DNA from: Patescibacteria group bacterium
GTDB lineage: Bacteria; Patescibacteriota; Patescibacteriia; UBA10025; JAHIVO01
Assembly (NCBI GenBank): GCA_041650915.1
Contig: JBAZKE010000001.1
Span: 187,284 to 251,283, forward strand
Direction: 5' to 3'
Length of the DNA: 64,000 bases
The position numbers and the translations under genes were made by a program. The notes under the pieces were generated by a model. It saw only the letters and a program-made list of their open reading frames with translations. It was not told the origin of the DNA and ran no database searches. This document shows, piece after piece, positions 38,511 to 48,204 of this stretch. Numbering within the stretch: the first letter of the stretch is position 1; every line of letters starts with the position of its first letter.

Positions 38511-39158
38511 ATGACTGATAAAGATACAAAACAAGTCGAAGATATTTTCGCTGAAGCTGATTCTGGGGGCACTGCACGCAGTGCCCCCCAGAAAAAAGCG
38601 CCGGTAAAACCAATTGCACAGCCGGCACCGGCCGCACGGGAAGTGAGAAATATCCAGCCGACAGCCAATCGTCCGCAGTACCGGAAGACGAAGATTATGC
38701 TAATAGTGCTTTTGAGCGCTGGGGCGCTCATCGTCGTCGGCGGCGGTGCAGTGCTCGTGACAAGCGGGGTATTCTCCGGTGAAAATGCGAACAGCACTCC
38801 CGCAACGAACAGTGCGGCAACGGACGGGTCCGCACCGACGGTTAATGTACCGACGAACAGCTCCGGGACGGTACGGCTGCAGAAAGTAGATTTGAGTTTG
38901 CAGCCGGTTGATACGGATAGTGACGGACTCACCGATGCAGAGGAAGCTGAGCTCGGCACGGATATCCGCACGGTTGACACGGATGGCGACGGCCTCTATG
39001 ACCGTGAGGAGGTTCGGGTATACGGTACGGATCCCCTGCAAACCGATACAGATCAGGATGGCATTGTTGACGGGACCGAGGTTGCAAACGGGTATGATCC
39101 TTCCGGACCGGGGATGCTGCTCGATTTGGATGCTGCAATTGAGAGGCTTCAATCTTAA
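38511..39158 (+). CDS. Single-pass membrane protein with bacterial TSP3-type Ca-binding repeats
   Basis: One TM; DTDSDGLTDAEE..GTD, DTDGDGLYDREE..GTDP, DTDQDGIVDGTEVANGYDP. Confidence 0.85.
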   Translation: MTDKDTKQVEDIFAEADSGGTARSAPQKKAPVKPIAQPAPAAREVRNIQPTANRPQYRKTKIMLIVLLSAGALIVVGGGAVLVTSGVFSGENANSTPATNSAATDGSAPTVNVPTNSSGTVRLQKVDLSLQPVDTDSDGLTDAEEAELGTDIRTVDTDGDGLYDREEVRVYGTDPLQTDTDQDGIVDGTEVANGYDPSGPGMLLDLDAAIERLQS

Positions 39159-39181
39159 TATGCTTTATTAATACCTTTGGT

Positions 39182-40318
39182 ATGCCAGACAATCCACAGC
39201 AAGGGCAGACGGGCAGTCCAGCGCCGAGCCAGCGTAAAGCGCGCATCCATACAATGCCGGATAAGTTTTACATTGATGATGCCGGCGGCGGTGGCAGCAA
39301 AAATACATTCTTAATCATTGGAATAATCATTCTCGTCGTTGCGATCCTTGGGGCTGCAACCTTTTTTCTGCTCCAGCGGTACGGAGGCGGTGAAGATAAT
39401 GCGAACAGCGCAACGAATGCCACGACAAACGGTGTGAGCAATATAAATACAGGCAATGTAAACGCAGCGACGAATAGTACCGTCAATACGCTGGCTAACG
39501 CCAATGCTGCGCTCAATACCAATACTTCTAACGGCAATGTCAATGCCGCGTTGAATGTCAATTCCATTACCAACAATCTATTCCCGAACAGCAATACGGC
39601 AACGAATACCGCCTCCAATGTCAATGCAATCGTTTCGAGCAGGGATTCTGACTCCGATAGCCTCACCGATATTGAAGAAGCTCTTTTTGGAACCAATTTA
39701 TCGCTATCAGATACTGACGGCGATGGCTACCAGGACGGCCAGGAGGTAACGAGCGGGTACGATCCGAACGGGACATCTGCGCTCGATGAGAACAGCGCCG
39801 TGTACCGGTATACGGACGGCGTCGGCAGCTATTCAATCCTGTATCCAAACGCGTGGGATGTTGCAACGGATCCGCAGAGCGCATACGGTAAAATGTTCAG
39901 CAGCACCAACGGTGAATTCATCGAGGTTTCGATTGAAGAAAACCCGGCGAAGTTGGGCGCACGTGACTGGTACCTGACGAAGTCGCCCGGCATTGATTCA
40001 ACTCAGATTTTGTCCGTCTCAACGTGGGACGGCAAGCTCGTCGGGGTGAAGAGCCCAGACGGCTCCACCGTATACTATACGAAGGGAGATAACGCGTACG
40101 TGATATCGTATAACATCAATATCCTCTCGGAAGCAAACTTCCTTACGACGTTCGAAATGATGTACCAGAGTTTCGTAGTAATTGAATCAGCGCTCACCAA
40201 TACGAATACGAACACGTCAAATACAAATTCAAATACCAATGTAAATGTTAATTCCAATGGAAATTCAAATACCAATACAAATACAAATAGCAACACGAAC
40301 AGCACGCCTCATCTGTAA
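39182..40318 (+). CDS. Single-pass membrane protein with Asn/Thr-rich linker, TSP3-type repeats and PsbP-like domain
   Basis: IHTMP motif, TM, N/T-rich stalk, DSDSDSLTDIEE, DTDGDGYQDGQE, YSILYPNAW. Confidence 0.85.
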   Translation: MPDNPQQGQTGSPAPSQRKARIHTMPDKFYIDDAGGGGSKNTFLIIGIIILVVAILGAATFFLLQRYGGGEDNANSATNATTNGVSNINTGNVNAATNSTVNTLANANAALNTNTSNGNVNAALNVNSITNNLFPNSNTATNTASNVNAIVSSRDSDSDSLTDIEEALFGTNLSLSDTDGDGYQDGQEVTSGYDPNGTSALDENSAVYRYTDGVGSYSILYPNAWDVATDPQSAYGKMFSSTNGEFIEVSIEENPAKLGARDWYLTKSPGIDSTQILSVSTWDGKLVGVKSPDGSTVYYTKGDNAYVISYNINILSEANFLTTFEMMYQSFVVIESALTNTNTNTSNTNSNTNVNVNSNGNSNTNTNTNSNTNSTPHL

Positions 40319-40759
40319 ATGGAAATAGCGGTAAACAATACAGAGGGATTTCGGTTTACTACAGCGTTTATTGAAAAGCTATTCAGGGTTATTAGTACCG
40401 TACTGCCACGTTTCAAGCGTGGTATTGTTTCAGTCGCGTTTGTCGGCAACCGGACGATACGCAGACTCAACGCGCGGTACCGCCAGAAGGATGCGGTTAC
40501 CGACGTGCTGTCTTTTCCTGAGATGCAGCAGATTCGCACCGTACGGCGGGGGCAGTTCCTTGGAGAAATTATTATTTCGTATCCGCGGGCACGGTCGCAA
40601 GCTCGGGAGCGGGGTGAGGCAGTGAGCCGTGAACTCGTCCGTCTGCTCGTGCATGGCTTTTTACACCTCGTCGGCTATGACCATAGAGGCGTTCGGGACG
40701 CCCGCAAGATGGAAGCACAGGAGGGCAGGGTCATCAGACTATTTGAGCGAAAAAAGTGA
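40319..40759 (+). CDS. ybeY: rRNA maturation endoribonuclease YbeY
   Basis: LNARYR, TDVLSF, LGEIII, HGFLHLVGYDH. Confidence 0.95.
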   Translation: MEIAVNNTEGFRFTTAFIEKLFRVISTVLPRFKRGIVSVAFVGNRTIRRLNARYRQKDAVTDVLSFPEMQQIRTVRRGQFLGEIIISYPRARSQARERGEAVSRELVRLLVHGFLHLVGYDHRGVRDARKMEAQEGRVIRLFERKK

Positions 40760-40765
40760 ACTACT

Positions 40766-41134
40766 ATGTTACTCATTAATCTCAGGAGGCTGCTAAAAAG
40801 CTTTCGGTACGCGTTTCGGGGATTCTGGTATGCGTTTAAAAGCGAACAGAATATCCGTGTACACCTTCTCGCGAGCGTAGTCGTCATTACCCTCATGATT
40901 TACTTTCAGGTTGCATTCTGGGAAGCAATTATCCTATTCCTCCTCATGATGCTCGTGCTTATTTTAGAGCTTATAAACACCATTTTTGAAAAGGTCATCG
41001 ATATGCTCCGTCCGCGCATTCATTTCTATGCAGAGGTTATTAAAGATATCATGGCAGCCACGGTGCTTGTTTCGTCAATTGGAGCCCTGGTAATCGGCCT
41101 GCTCATTTTCCTGCCCTATATCGTCGGCAGGTAG
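40766..41134 (+). CDS. dgkA: Diacylglycerol/undecaprenol kinase (DgkA family)
   Basis: SFRYAFRG, EQNIRVH, ELINTIFE, KDIMAA; follows ybeY. Confidence 0.9.
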   Translation: MLLINLRRLLKSFRYAFRGFWYAFKSEQNIRVHLLASVVVITLMIYFQVAFWEAIILFLLMMLVLILELINTIFEKVIDMLRPRIHFYAEVIKDIMAATVLVSSIGALVIGLLIFLPYIVGR

Positions 41135-41203
41135 CCACCGGGGGATTTTGCATAATACCGAGTTATACTTTATAATAGAGGTACATATCTGAACAAGTAA
41201 TTT

Positions 41204-42457
41204 ATGCCAAAGGAAGATATCATTACAGGGCTCGATATTGGGTCAACAGCGATTCGAGTCGTTGTCGGGCAGCTTAATCCGCACGATCGGAAGATCCACG
41301 TGCTCGGAGCGGCTGAAAATACCGCAGAGGGCGTCAACAAGGGGAGCGTGACGAGCATTGAGGACGGCGTTTCATCGATTTCCGGAGCGCTTGAGAAGGT
41401 CGAGCGTATGGTTGGCATACCGGTCGAGCACGCTTTTGTGGGTATAAACGGCAACCACATCACCTCGCAGGACAGCCATGGCGTCATTGCAGTGTCGAAG
41501 TCCGACGGCGAGATCAGGGAAGAAGACGTTGAGCGTGTCATTGAAGCCGCCCAGGCAGTCGCAACCCCCCCAAACTATGAGATTCTGCATGTGATACCCC
41601 GCAGCTTTACCGTCGACAATCAGCAAGGCATCAAGGATCCTATCGGGATGACCGGAATACGGCTCGAGGTTGATGCGCAGATCATCCAGGGGCTCTCCGC
41701 GCAGATAAAAAACCTGACAAAGTGCGTCTACCGCACCGGTATCGACATTGATGACATTGCGCTCGGCGTGCTTGCCTCGTCAGAGTCGGTATTGACGAAG
41801 AAGCAGAAGGATCTCGGGGTTGCGCTGCTCAATATCGGCGGTTCGACGACGAGCCTGCTCGTGTTTGAGGAGGGTGACGTTCTCCATACCGCTATCTTGC
41901 CGGTTGGCTCAAGTCACATTACGAATGACATCGCGATCGGCCTCCGCACTTCGATTGACCTTGCTGAAAAGATAAAAATCGAGTACGGAACCGCGCTGCC
42001 GGCGGAGATCAACAAGCGCGATGAGATCAACCTTGAGGAGGTTGACTCGCGTGAAGAGGGCGCTGTCTCGCGGAAGCACGTTGCTGAGATCATTGAAGCT
42101 CGGTGTGAAGAGATATTCAAGTTGGCCAACAAAGAGCTCGAGAAGATAGACCGCGCTGGCCTCTTGCCGGCAGGCGTTGTGTTGACCGGCGGCGGCGCAA
42201 AGCTTCCCGGCCTCATTGAAGTCGCGAAGCAGGAATTCAAGCTGCCCGCGTCACTCGGGTATCCGCTTGATCTCGGTTCGACCGCCGTTGATAAGGTCAA
42301 CGATTTGAATTATTCGACAGCAGTTGGGTTGTTGAGCTGGGGAGCGAGTTTTTCCGGGCGTAGCGGTGAGGGCAAAGTTTTTTCAATGCCGAAGTTTTCT
42401 TCGGTGGCTGACGCTACATCGAAGATGAAGAAGTGGTTTAAAACTTTAGTCCCGTAA
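41204..42457 (+). CDS. ftsA: Cell division protein FtsA
   Basis: [33 protein letters not shown]. Confidence 0.96.
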   Translation: MPKEDIITGLDIGSTAIRVVVGQLNPHDRKIHVLGAAENTAEGVNKGSVTSIEDGVSSISGALEKVERMVGIPVEHAFVGINGNHITSQDSHGVIAVSKSDGEIREEDVERVIEAAQAVATPPNYEILHVIPRSFTVDNQQGIKDPIGMTGIRLEVDAQIIQGLSAQIKNLTKCVYRTGIDIDDIALGVLASSESVLTKKQKDLGVALLNIGGSTTSLLVFEEGDVLHTAILPVGSSHITNDIAIGLRTSIDLAEKIKIEYGTALPAEINKRDEINLEEVDSREEGAVSRKHVAEIIEARCEEIFKLANKELEKIDRAGLLPAGVVLTGGGAKLPGLIEVAKQEFKLPASLGYPLDLGSTAVDKVNDLNYSTAVGLLSWGASFSGRSGEGKVFSMPKFSSVADATSKMKKWFKTLVP

Positions 42458-42506
42458 GGGCCAATACGTGAATGGTATGAGGCAAAAATCTAACGGACAG
42501 AATACT

Positions 42507-43691
42507 ATGGAAATTAAACCCGATATTGAGACGTTTGCAAAGATTAAAGTCGTCGGTGTCGGTGGATCCGGAGGCTCAGCGATTGATCGGATGATTAACG
42601 ACAAGATTCGCGGCGTCGAGTTTATTGCTGTTAATACGGATGCGCAAGCCCTGCACCACTCAAAAGCGCCCCATAAGCTGCATATCGGCAAGACGACGAC
42701 AAGAGGCCTCGGAGCGGGGATGGACCCCGAACTCGGCAGAAAAGCTGCGGAGGAGGACCAAGATGAAATCCACGATATGTTCAAGGGCGCGGATATGGTT
42801 TTCGTTACGTGCGGGCTCGGTGGCGGTACTGGCACGGGAGCCGCGCCGCTCATTGCTGAGATTGCCCGAGATGCCGGCGCGCTTACCGTCGCAGTGGTTA
42901 CGAAACCGTTTGCATTCGAGGGGGCACAGCGCAAGAGCATCGCAGAGAGCGGACTGGGGGATTTGATTGATAAAGTTGATACGATCATTACGATACCGAA
43001 CGACCGGATTTTGCAGATTATTGATAAAAAGACATCGTTGCTCGATGCGTTCAAAACGGTCGATGAAGTGCTTCGGCAAGGCGTGCAGGGGATTTCCGAC
43101 CTTATTACCGTACCCGGCCTTATCAACGTCGATTTCGCCGATGTACGTTCGATCATGGAGAATGCCGGTTCTGCACTGATGGGGATCGGCCAGGGAGCAG
43201 GGGAAAACCGGGCTGTTGACGCGGCAAAAGCGGCAATTGACAGCCCACTGCTCGAGTTATCGATTGAGGGAGCCAAGGGCATCCTCTTTACGGTGACGGG
43301 TGGCCCTGACCTGGGGATGTATGAGGTGAATGAAGCTGCCCGCATCATCACTTCATCAGCAGATCCAAATGCGAGGGTAATTTTTGGATCTGTCATTGAT
43401 GAATCCATGAAAGACCAGATTAAGATAACGGTCATCGCAACCGGTTTCGGCACGAAGCAGAAAACGATTAAAAAGATAAAACCGATGGAATTCGGAGCAC
43501 TTGACCGTGAAATAGCGTCCAAACCCTCTTTTTCTACCGCGCGAGTTTCAGCGGCAACCCCGCCGTTATCCCGAAAACCGGAACGGAGGCCAGTCGTTGA
43601 CCGTTCTGTCCCTGAAAAAACGCAGACTGCTGCGGAAAAAGAAGAAGAGGATCTTGAAATCCCCGCGTTTATTCGGAAGAAGATGATGTAA
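42507..43691 (+). CDS. ftsZ: Cell division protein FtsZ
   Basis: [22 protein letters not shown] and C-terminal LEIPAFIRK; start ATG 42507. Confidence 0.97.
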   Translation: MEIKPDIETFAKIKVVGVGGSGGSAIDRMINDKIRGVEFIAVNTDAQALHHSKAPHKLHIGKTTTRGLGAGMDPELGRKAAEEDQDEIHDMFKGADMVFVTCGLGGGTGTGAAPLIAEIARDAGALTVAVVTKPFAFEGAQRKSIAESGLGDLIDKVDTIITIPNDRILQIIDKKTSLLDAFKTVDEVLRQGVQGISDLITVPGLINVDFADVRSIMENAGSALMGIGQGAGENRAVDAAKAAIDSPLLELSIEGAKGILFTVTGGPDLGMYEVNEAARIITSSADPNARVIFGSVIDESMKDQIKITVIATGFGTKQKTIKKIKPMEFGALDREIASKPSFSTARVSAATPPLSRKPERRPVVDRSVPEKTQTAAEKEEEDLEIPAFIRKKMM

Positions 43692-43819
43692 GAGTGGGGT
43701 ATCCGTTTTATTGCCCGTTTTCAGATAATAGGCCGGGAGTAAAAATAAAAAGAAAAAACAGGTATAAAAAGATGACATGGTACCAGGTGTCTCTTTTTTT
43801 GCGCCTCACGTGCGGTGAG

Positions 43820-43828
43820 TTATCCACA
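43820..43828 (+). promoter_or_regulatory. DnaA box upstream of the nrdR-nrdJ promoter
   Basis: Perfect TTATCCACA in an AT-rich intergenic region. Confidence 0.5.
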
Positions 43829-43921
43829 TTTTTTGGAAAAAAATTGAGCGGACTATACCTTTTTTAAAACAAAAAAATTTAAAAAAACCGCCAACCATAG
43901 TAACAAAAAAGCCTTACATTA

Positions 43922-43976
43922 TTGACAAATCTATATGTTGTAGTATACTGTATGGTAGGACTACAATATGTAGATA
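43922..43976 (+). promoter_or_regulatory. Promoter with two tandem NrdR boxes
   Basis: TTGACA-N16-TATACT; cores CTATATGTTG (43931) and CAATATGTAG (43964) match CwAtATaTwG with one mismatch each, 33 bp apart. Confidence 0.75.
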
Positions 43977-43987
43977 AATAAATTGAT

Positions 43988-44464
43988 ATGAAATGCCCTG
44001 CTTGCCACCATCCAGATTCAAAGGTCACTGATTCGCGGCTCGTGAATGATGGCATGGCAGTTCGGCGCAGGAGAGAGTGTTTGGAGTGTAAGTTTCGCTT
44101 CTCAACCTATGAAGAGGTTGAGATTTTGGACCTTGCTGTCATCAAGAGTGATGGCCGGCGCGAACCATACGCTCGAGAAAAGCTCGAGAACGGCCTGAAG
44201 AAGGCATTTGAGAAGCGCCCAATCACCAAAGATGGCTTTAAGCAGCTTATCAGCACGATCGAGCGAGACATCCAGCTCGCCGCGAAAGAAGAGATAGAAA
44301 GCAGCACGCTCGGCGAGATCGTCATGAAGCACCTGAAGCGTAAGGACCAGGTCGCGTACATCCGTTTTGCATCGGTATACCGGTCGTTTGAGGACGTTGA
44401 GACGTTTCAGGAAGAGCTCATGAAGCTCAGCAAACCGAAAAAAACAAGGACCGTTAGAAAATAA
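43988..44464 (+). CDS. nrdR: Transcriptional repressor NrdR
   Basis: MKCPAC, DSR, RRRRECLEC, RFSTYE, ATP cone, VAYIRFASVYRSF. Confidence 0.97.
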   Translation: MKCPACHHPDSKVTDSRLVNDGMAVRRRRECLECKFRFSTYEEVEILDLAVIKSDGRREPYAREKLENGLKKAFEKRPITKDGFKQLISTIERDIQLAAKEEIESSTLGEIVMKHLKRKDQVAYIRFASVYRSFEDVETFQEELMKLSKPKKTRTVRK

Positions 44465-44493
44465 TTATAAACTAACACTTCCCCAAAGAGCGT

Positions 44494-46785
44494 ATGGTAA
44501 AAATAAAAAATATCAAGAAGCGGAGCGGCCAGATCGTGGCATTTGACCAGCAGAAGATTGCAAACGCGATCTATAAGGCTACGAAGTCGATCCAGAAGGA
44601 AGACGCGAAGCTCGCAGACAAGCTTTCAAAAAAGGTGGTCAGCATACTCCGGAAGAAATTTGATGAAACGACAGTGCCGACAGTCGAGCAAATACAGGAT
44701 ATTGTTGAAGAAGTTCTCATCAAAGAAGATCAGATCCAGCTGGCGAAAGCATATATTCTCTACCGGAAGGAGCACCAGAAGATTCGGGAAGCAAAGGGGT
44801 CGTACATCGGCTTGCCCGAGCTCGATACAAAGCTCTCAATCAATGCGCTCCGCGTGCTCAGCAAGCGGTACCTGCGTAAAGCTCGGAACGGCAAGGTAGT
44901 TGAAACACCGAAAGAGATGTTCCGCCGGGTTGCCCAGAATATCGCCCAGGCGGATGAACGCTACGATAGCCTGCTCAACCAGGAAGTTGATGCGGAGAAG
45001 ACCGAGCGGGAGTTCTATAAGATGATGTTTAATTTGGAGTTTATCCCGAATTCTCCGACGCTCATGAACGCCGGCAAGGAATTGCAGCAGCTCGCCGCAT
45101 GTTTTGTGTTGCCGGTCGGCGATTCGATGGAGGAGATTTTTGATGCGGTTAAGTGGACAGCCCTCGTCCACAAGACGGGCGGCGGGACCGGCTTCGCGTT
45201 TTCGAGGCTCCGCCCGAAGAGCGATCGCGTCATGTCTACCAAGGGCGTCGCATCCGGTCCCGTTTCATTCATGACGGTATTTGATGCAGCCACTGAGACG
45301 GTCAAGCAGGGAGGCACGCGCCGGGGCGCGAATATGGGCATCCTCCGCGTTGACCACCCTGATATACTGGAGTTTGTGACTGCGAAAGAAAATAATGACA
45401 GGCTCAATAATTTTAATATTTCTGTGGCGGTCACCGAGGATTTTATGCGTGCCGTTGAGCAGGGCACCGAGTATGATTTGCTGAATCCGAGGAATAAAGA
45501 ATCGGTGGACAGGTTGAACGCACGAAAAGTGTTCGACCTGATCGTGACGCTCGCGTGGAAGAATGGCGATCCGGGCATCGTTTTCATTGACCGCATCAAT
45601 AAGGACAATCCAACGCCGCACGTGGGCGAGATTGAGGCGACGAATCCGTGCGGTGAGCAGCCGCTCCTTCCCTTTGAGGCGTGCAACCTCGGCTCGATCA
45701 ACCTCGCAAAGATGGTACAGGGAGACTTCTCGCTCGGCGAGCCGGTTGAAATGGACTGGGATAAGCTCCGAAAAACAGTCCGGATGTCCATCCACTTCCT
45801 CGATAACGTTATCGATATGAGCAACTACCCGCTGCCGCAGATTACTGAAATGGTCAATAACAACAGGAAGATCGGCCTTGGAGTTATGGGGTGGGCTGAC
45901 CTGCTCATCATGCTCGGGATACCGTACGATTCCGATGAGGCGGTGGAATTCGCCGAAAAGGTGATGAAGTTCATCAAGGATGAGTCGAGGAAAATGTCGC
46001 ATGAACTCGCCGAGGACCGCGGCCAGTTTCCGAATTTTGAAGGGAGCATTTTTGATACGAAGGACGCGCTCAAGTTGCGGAATGCGACTACCAATACGAT
46101 CGCGCCGACTGGCACGATCAGCATTATCGCTGGATGCTCTTCCGGCATTGAGCCGCTCTTCGCGATCTCATACATCCGCAACGTGATGGACGATAATGAG
46201 CTCATCGAGGTCAATCCGATTTTCGAGCAACTCGCACGTCGTGAGGGCTTCTACTCCGAGGAGCTCATGAAAAAAATCGCTGAGGCAGGCGGTGTGCAGG
46301 GTTTGGATGAGGTACCGGCGAAGTGGCAGCGCCTGTTTGTCGTATCTCACGACATCATGCCGGAGTGGCACCTGAAAATGCAGGCCGCGTTCCAAAAGTA
46401 TACGGACAATGCGGTTTCAAAAACCGTCAACTTCGCGCACGATGCGACTGCAGCCGATATCGAGCAGGTGTACATGCTCGCCTTCAAGCACGGCTGCAAA
46501 GGCGTGACGATCTACCGTGATCGATCGCGCGAATCGCAGGTACTCAACATCGGCAAGGTAAACCATAAAGAGCAGAAGAAGTCGTTCAGCTACAGCTATG
46601 ATGCTATTCGAAATGGGGCAACCGAACGCGAAGCGGAGCCGGCCGAAACTGAAGCAAAAGAAAAGGTGCCGGTTACCGCCGGCCACGGCATTAAAATTTG
46701 CCCTGACTGCAAGAGTGCAATGGAGGTCAAGGAAGGATGCTCAACCTGTCCGAACTGCGGATTTTCCGCATGCAGCCTTGGTTAA
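44494..46785 (+). CDS. nrdJ: Class II (adenosylcobalamin-dependent) ribonucleotide reductase with N-terminal ATP cone
   Basis: PNSPTLMNAG, ACFVL, QGGTRRGANM, TNPCGEQ, CNLGSINL, TIAPTGT and C-terminal Cys cluster; no nrdB nearby; B12 genes adjacent. Confidence 0.92.
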   Translation: MVKIKNIKKRSGQIVAFDQQKIANAIYKATKSIQKEDAKLADKLSKKVVSILRKKFDETTVPTVEQIQDIVEEVLIKEDQIQLAKAYILYRKEHQKIREAKGSYIGLPELDTKLSINALRVLSKRYLRKARNGKVVETPKEMFRRVAQNIAQADERYDSLLNQEVDAEKTEREFYKMMFNLEFIPNSPTLMNAGKELQQLAACFVLPVGDSMEEIFDAVKWTALVHKTGGGTGFAFSRLRPKSDRVMSTKGVASGPVSFMTVFDAATETVKQGGTRRGANMGILRVDHPDILEFVTAKENNDRLNNFNISVAVTEDFMRAVEQGTEYDLLNPRNKESVDRLNARKVFDLIVTLAWKNGDPGIVFIDRINKDNPTPHVGEIEATNPCGEQPLLPFEACNLGSINLAKMVQGDFSLGEPVEMDWDKLRKTVRMSIHFLDNVIDMSNYPLPQITEMVNNNRKIGLGVMGWADLLIMLGIPYDSDEAVEFAEKVMKFIKDESRKMSHELAEDRGQFPNFEGSIFDTKDALKLRNATTNTIAPTGTISIIAGCSSGIEPLFAISYIRNVMDDNELIEVNPIFEQLARREGFYSEELMKKIAEAGGVQGLDEVPAKWQRLFVVSHDIMPEWHLKMQAAFQKYTDNAVSKTVNFAHDATAADIEQVYMLAFKHGCKGVTIYRDRSRESQVLNIGKVNHKEQKKSFSYSYDAIRNGATEREAEPAETEAKEKVPVTAGHGIKICPDCKSAMEVKEGCSTCPNCGFSACSLG

Positions 46786-46886
46786 TGGGGTAATAACCGG
46801 GAGTTTTCCCTCATAGCCCCTTTTTCCTCCGCATACCTTACCTCGGGGCCCGCGAGATTTGTAGGCTCGGCAGAGCATCGATTTTT

Positions 46887-47432
46887 ATGAAGTATAAAGT
46901 CATAGATCGGGGTTTGGTGCACGTTTACACTGGCGATGGCAAGGGAAAGACCACCGCGGCATTGGGATTGGCAGTGCGGGCGATCAGCTATAGGAAAAGG
47001 GTGCTTATCGTGCAGTTTATCAAGGGGCCGTGGCGTTCGGGTGAGCTGAATATTATACAGCGGCTGCGGCCGTACCTTACTATCCATGCGATGGGAGAGG
47101 GTTTCGTCAAGATACTCGGCGACCGCAAACCCCTGAGCGTGCATAGGAAAGCTGCACAGGGCGCGCTGCGTTTTGCGCAGCGGGCAATGCGGTCAGGCAG
47201 GTATGATATCGTTGTTCTCGACGAGGTCAATGTGGCGGTACGCGAGCGCCTGCTGGCGGTATCGCAGGTTGCTGAGCTGGTCAGAAAGAAGCCACGTGAA
47301 CTTGAGCTCGTATTGACCGGAAGAAATGCCGCTGCTACAATTGAAAGGCTCGCTGATTACGTTTCCCATATTCGTGAGATTCGGCACCCCTACCGGCGGG
47401 GCATTCTTGCCCGGCAGTCGATCGACTATTAA
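46887..47432 (+). CDS. cobO: Cob(I)alamin adenosyltransferase (CobA/CobO/BtuR family)
   Basis: YTGDGKGKTTAALG, QFIKG, VLDEV, LVLTGR, HPY..GI.A. Confidence 0.93.
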   Translation: MKYKVIDRGLVHVYTGDGKGKTTAALGLAVRAISYRKRVLIVQFIKGPWRSGELNIIQRLRPYLTIHAMGEGFVKILGDRKPLSVHRKAAQGALRFAQRAMRSGRYDIVVLDEVNVAVRERLLAVSQVAELVRKKPRELELVLTGRNAAATIERLADYVSHIREIRHPYRRGILARQSIDY

Positions 47433-47440
47433 CAATTTAT

Positions 47441-47592
47441 TATAGCGAAGGGAAGTGTGGTGGAAAACCAACGCGATCCCGTCACTGTAATCGGGGAATT
47501 TGCTTCCGTATCATGCCACTGGCTTGCTCGCGTGTGAGCTAGCTGGGAAGGCAGGGAGCAGGTTGAGATCCGAGAGCCAGAATACCTTCGTG
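47441..47592 (+). ncRNA. Cobalamin riboswitch aptamer
   Basis: AGGGAA..GGTGGAAAACC, CCCGTCACTGTAA, GCCACTG, GGGAAG and AGCCAGAATACCT (B12 box) in canonical order. Confidence 0.92.
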
Positions 47593-47633
47593 CACGGAAA
47601 GTCCCTTCGGTTGAGAGGGCGAAAGATTAAACG

Positions 47634-47675
47634 AATCTTAGCTTTGAGACCACTGTGGGGAGGCTAAGATTTTTT
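47634..47675 (+). terminator. Riboswitch-associated terminator (attenuator)
   Basis: AATCTTAGCTT/AGGCTAAGATT stem followed by a T-run, between the aptamer and ATG 47691. Confidence 0.65.
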
Positions 47676-47690
47676 AAAAAAAGGAATCCT

Positions 47691-48176
47691 ATGAAGCACC
47701 AAACACATGTCGGCTATACCGTCGCGGTTGTTGCGCTCGGCGTTGCTTTTATGACCGCGCTCGCCCTATTCGGGTACACGGTCGAGCAGGATGTAGCGGA
47801 GATAGCGCAGCAGCGCTATGATGCGGTTCAGGCGCCAGTTCCGTCAGGGCAGGTTGCCGGCGTCGCCGTTGAGCTCGCCACGGTTAGCATTGATCGCGGT
47901 AACGGCAATTCAATCAGCTATCAGATTGAGGTGTCCGGAGAGACGACAGTCCTCGATGCGCTCGAGCTTGCGGCTGATCAGTACGGTCTGGAGATCAAGA
48001 CGACGGAGTACGACTTCGGCACCATCGTCGATGGGATCGGGGGGATGCTCGGCGGATTTGAAAATCAGTATTGGATTTACTATATCGACGGCGTCATGGC
48101 GGTCAGCTCAGTCGATACCCAGATCGTGGAGCCCGGCGATATGGTCGAGTTTCGATTCGAAGAAAGCACGTTTTAG
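47691..48176 (+). CDS. Membrane-anchored DUF4430-like (transcobalamin C-terminal-like) protein, putative B12 binding
   Basis: TM then TVLDAL, YDFGTIVDGIGG, YWIYYIDG, PGDMVEFRFE; first gene after the riboswitch. Confidence 0.8.
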   Translation: MKHQTHVGYTVAVVALGVAFMTALALFGYTVEQDVAEIAQQRYDAVQAPVPSGQVAGVAVELATVSIDRGNGNSISYQIEVSGETTVLDALELAADQYGLEIKTTEYDFGTIVDGIGGMLGGFENQYWIYYIDGVMAVSSVDTQIVEPGDMVEFRFEESTF

Positions 48177-48204
48177 CACGTCAGTGATGAAAGAGGACAA
48201 CCAC

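Noticed and set aside
43692-43987. Possible oriC (AT-rich region with a DnaA box)
   Set aside because: Only one perfect DnaA box; the region is accounted for by the ftsZ terminator and the nrdR promoter
47818-48204. N-terminal extension of the 306-aa track ORF
   Set aside because: It overlaps the DUF4430-like gene in another frame; the likely start is ATG 48205 after GAGGA
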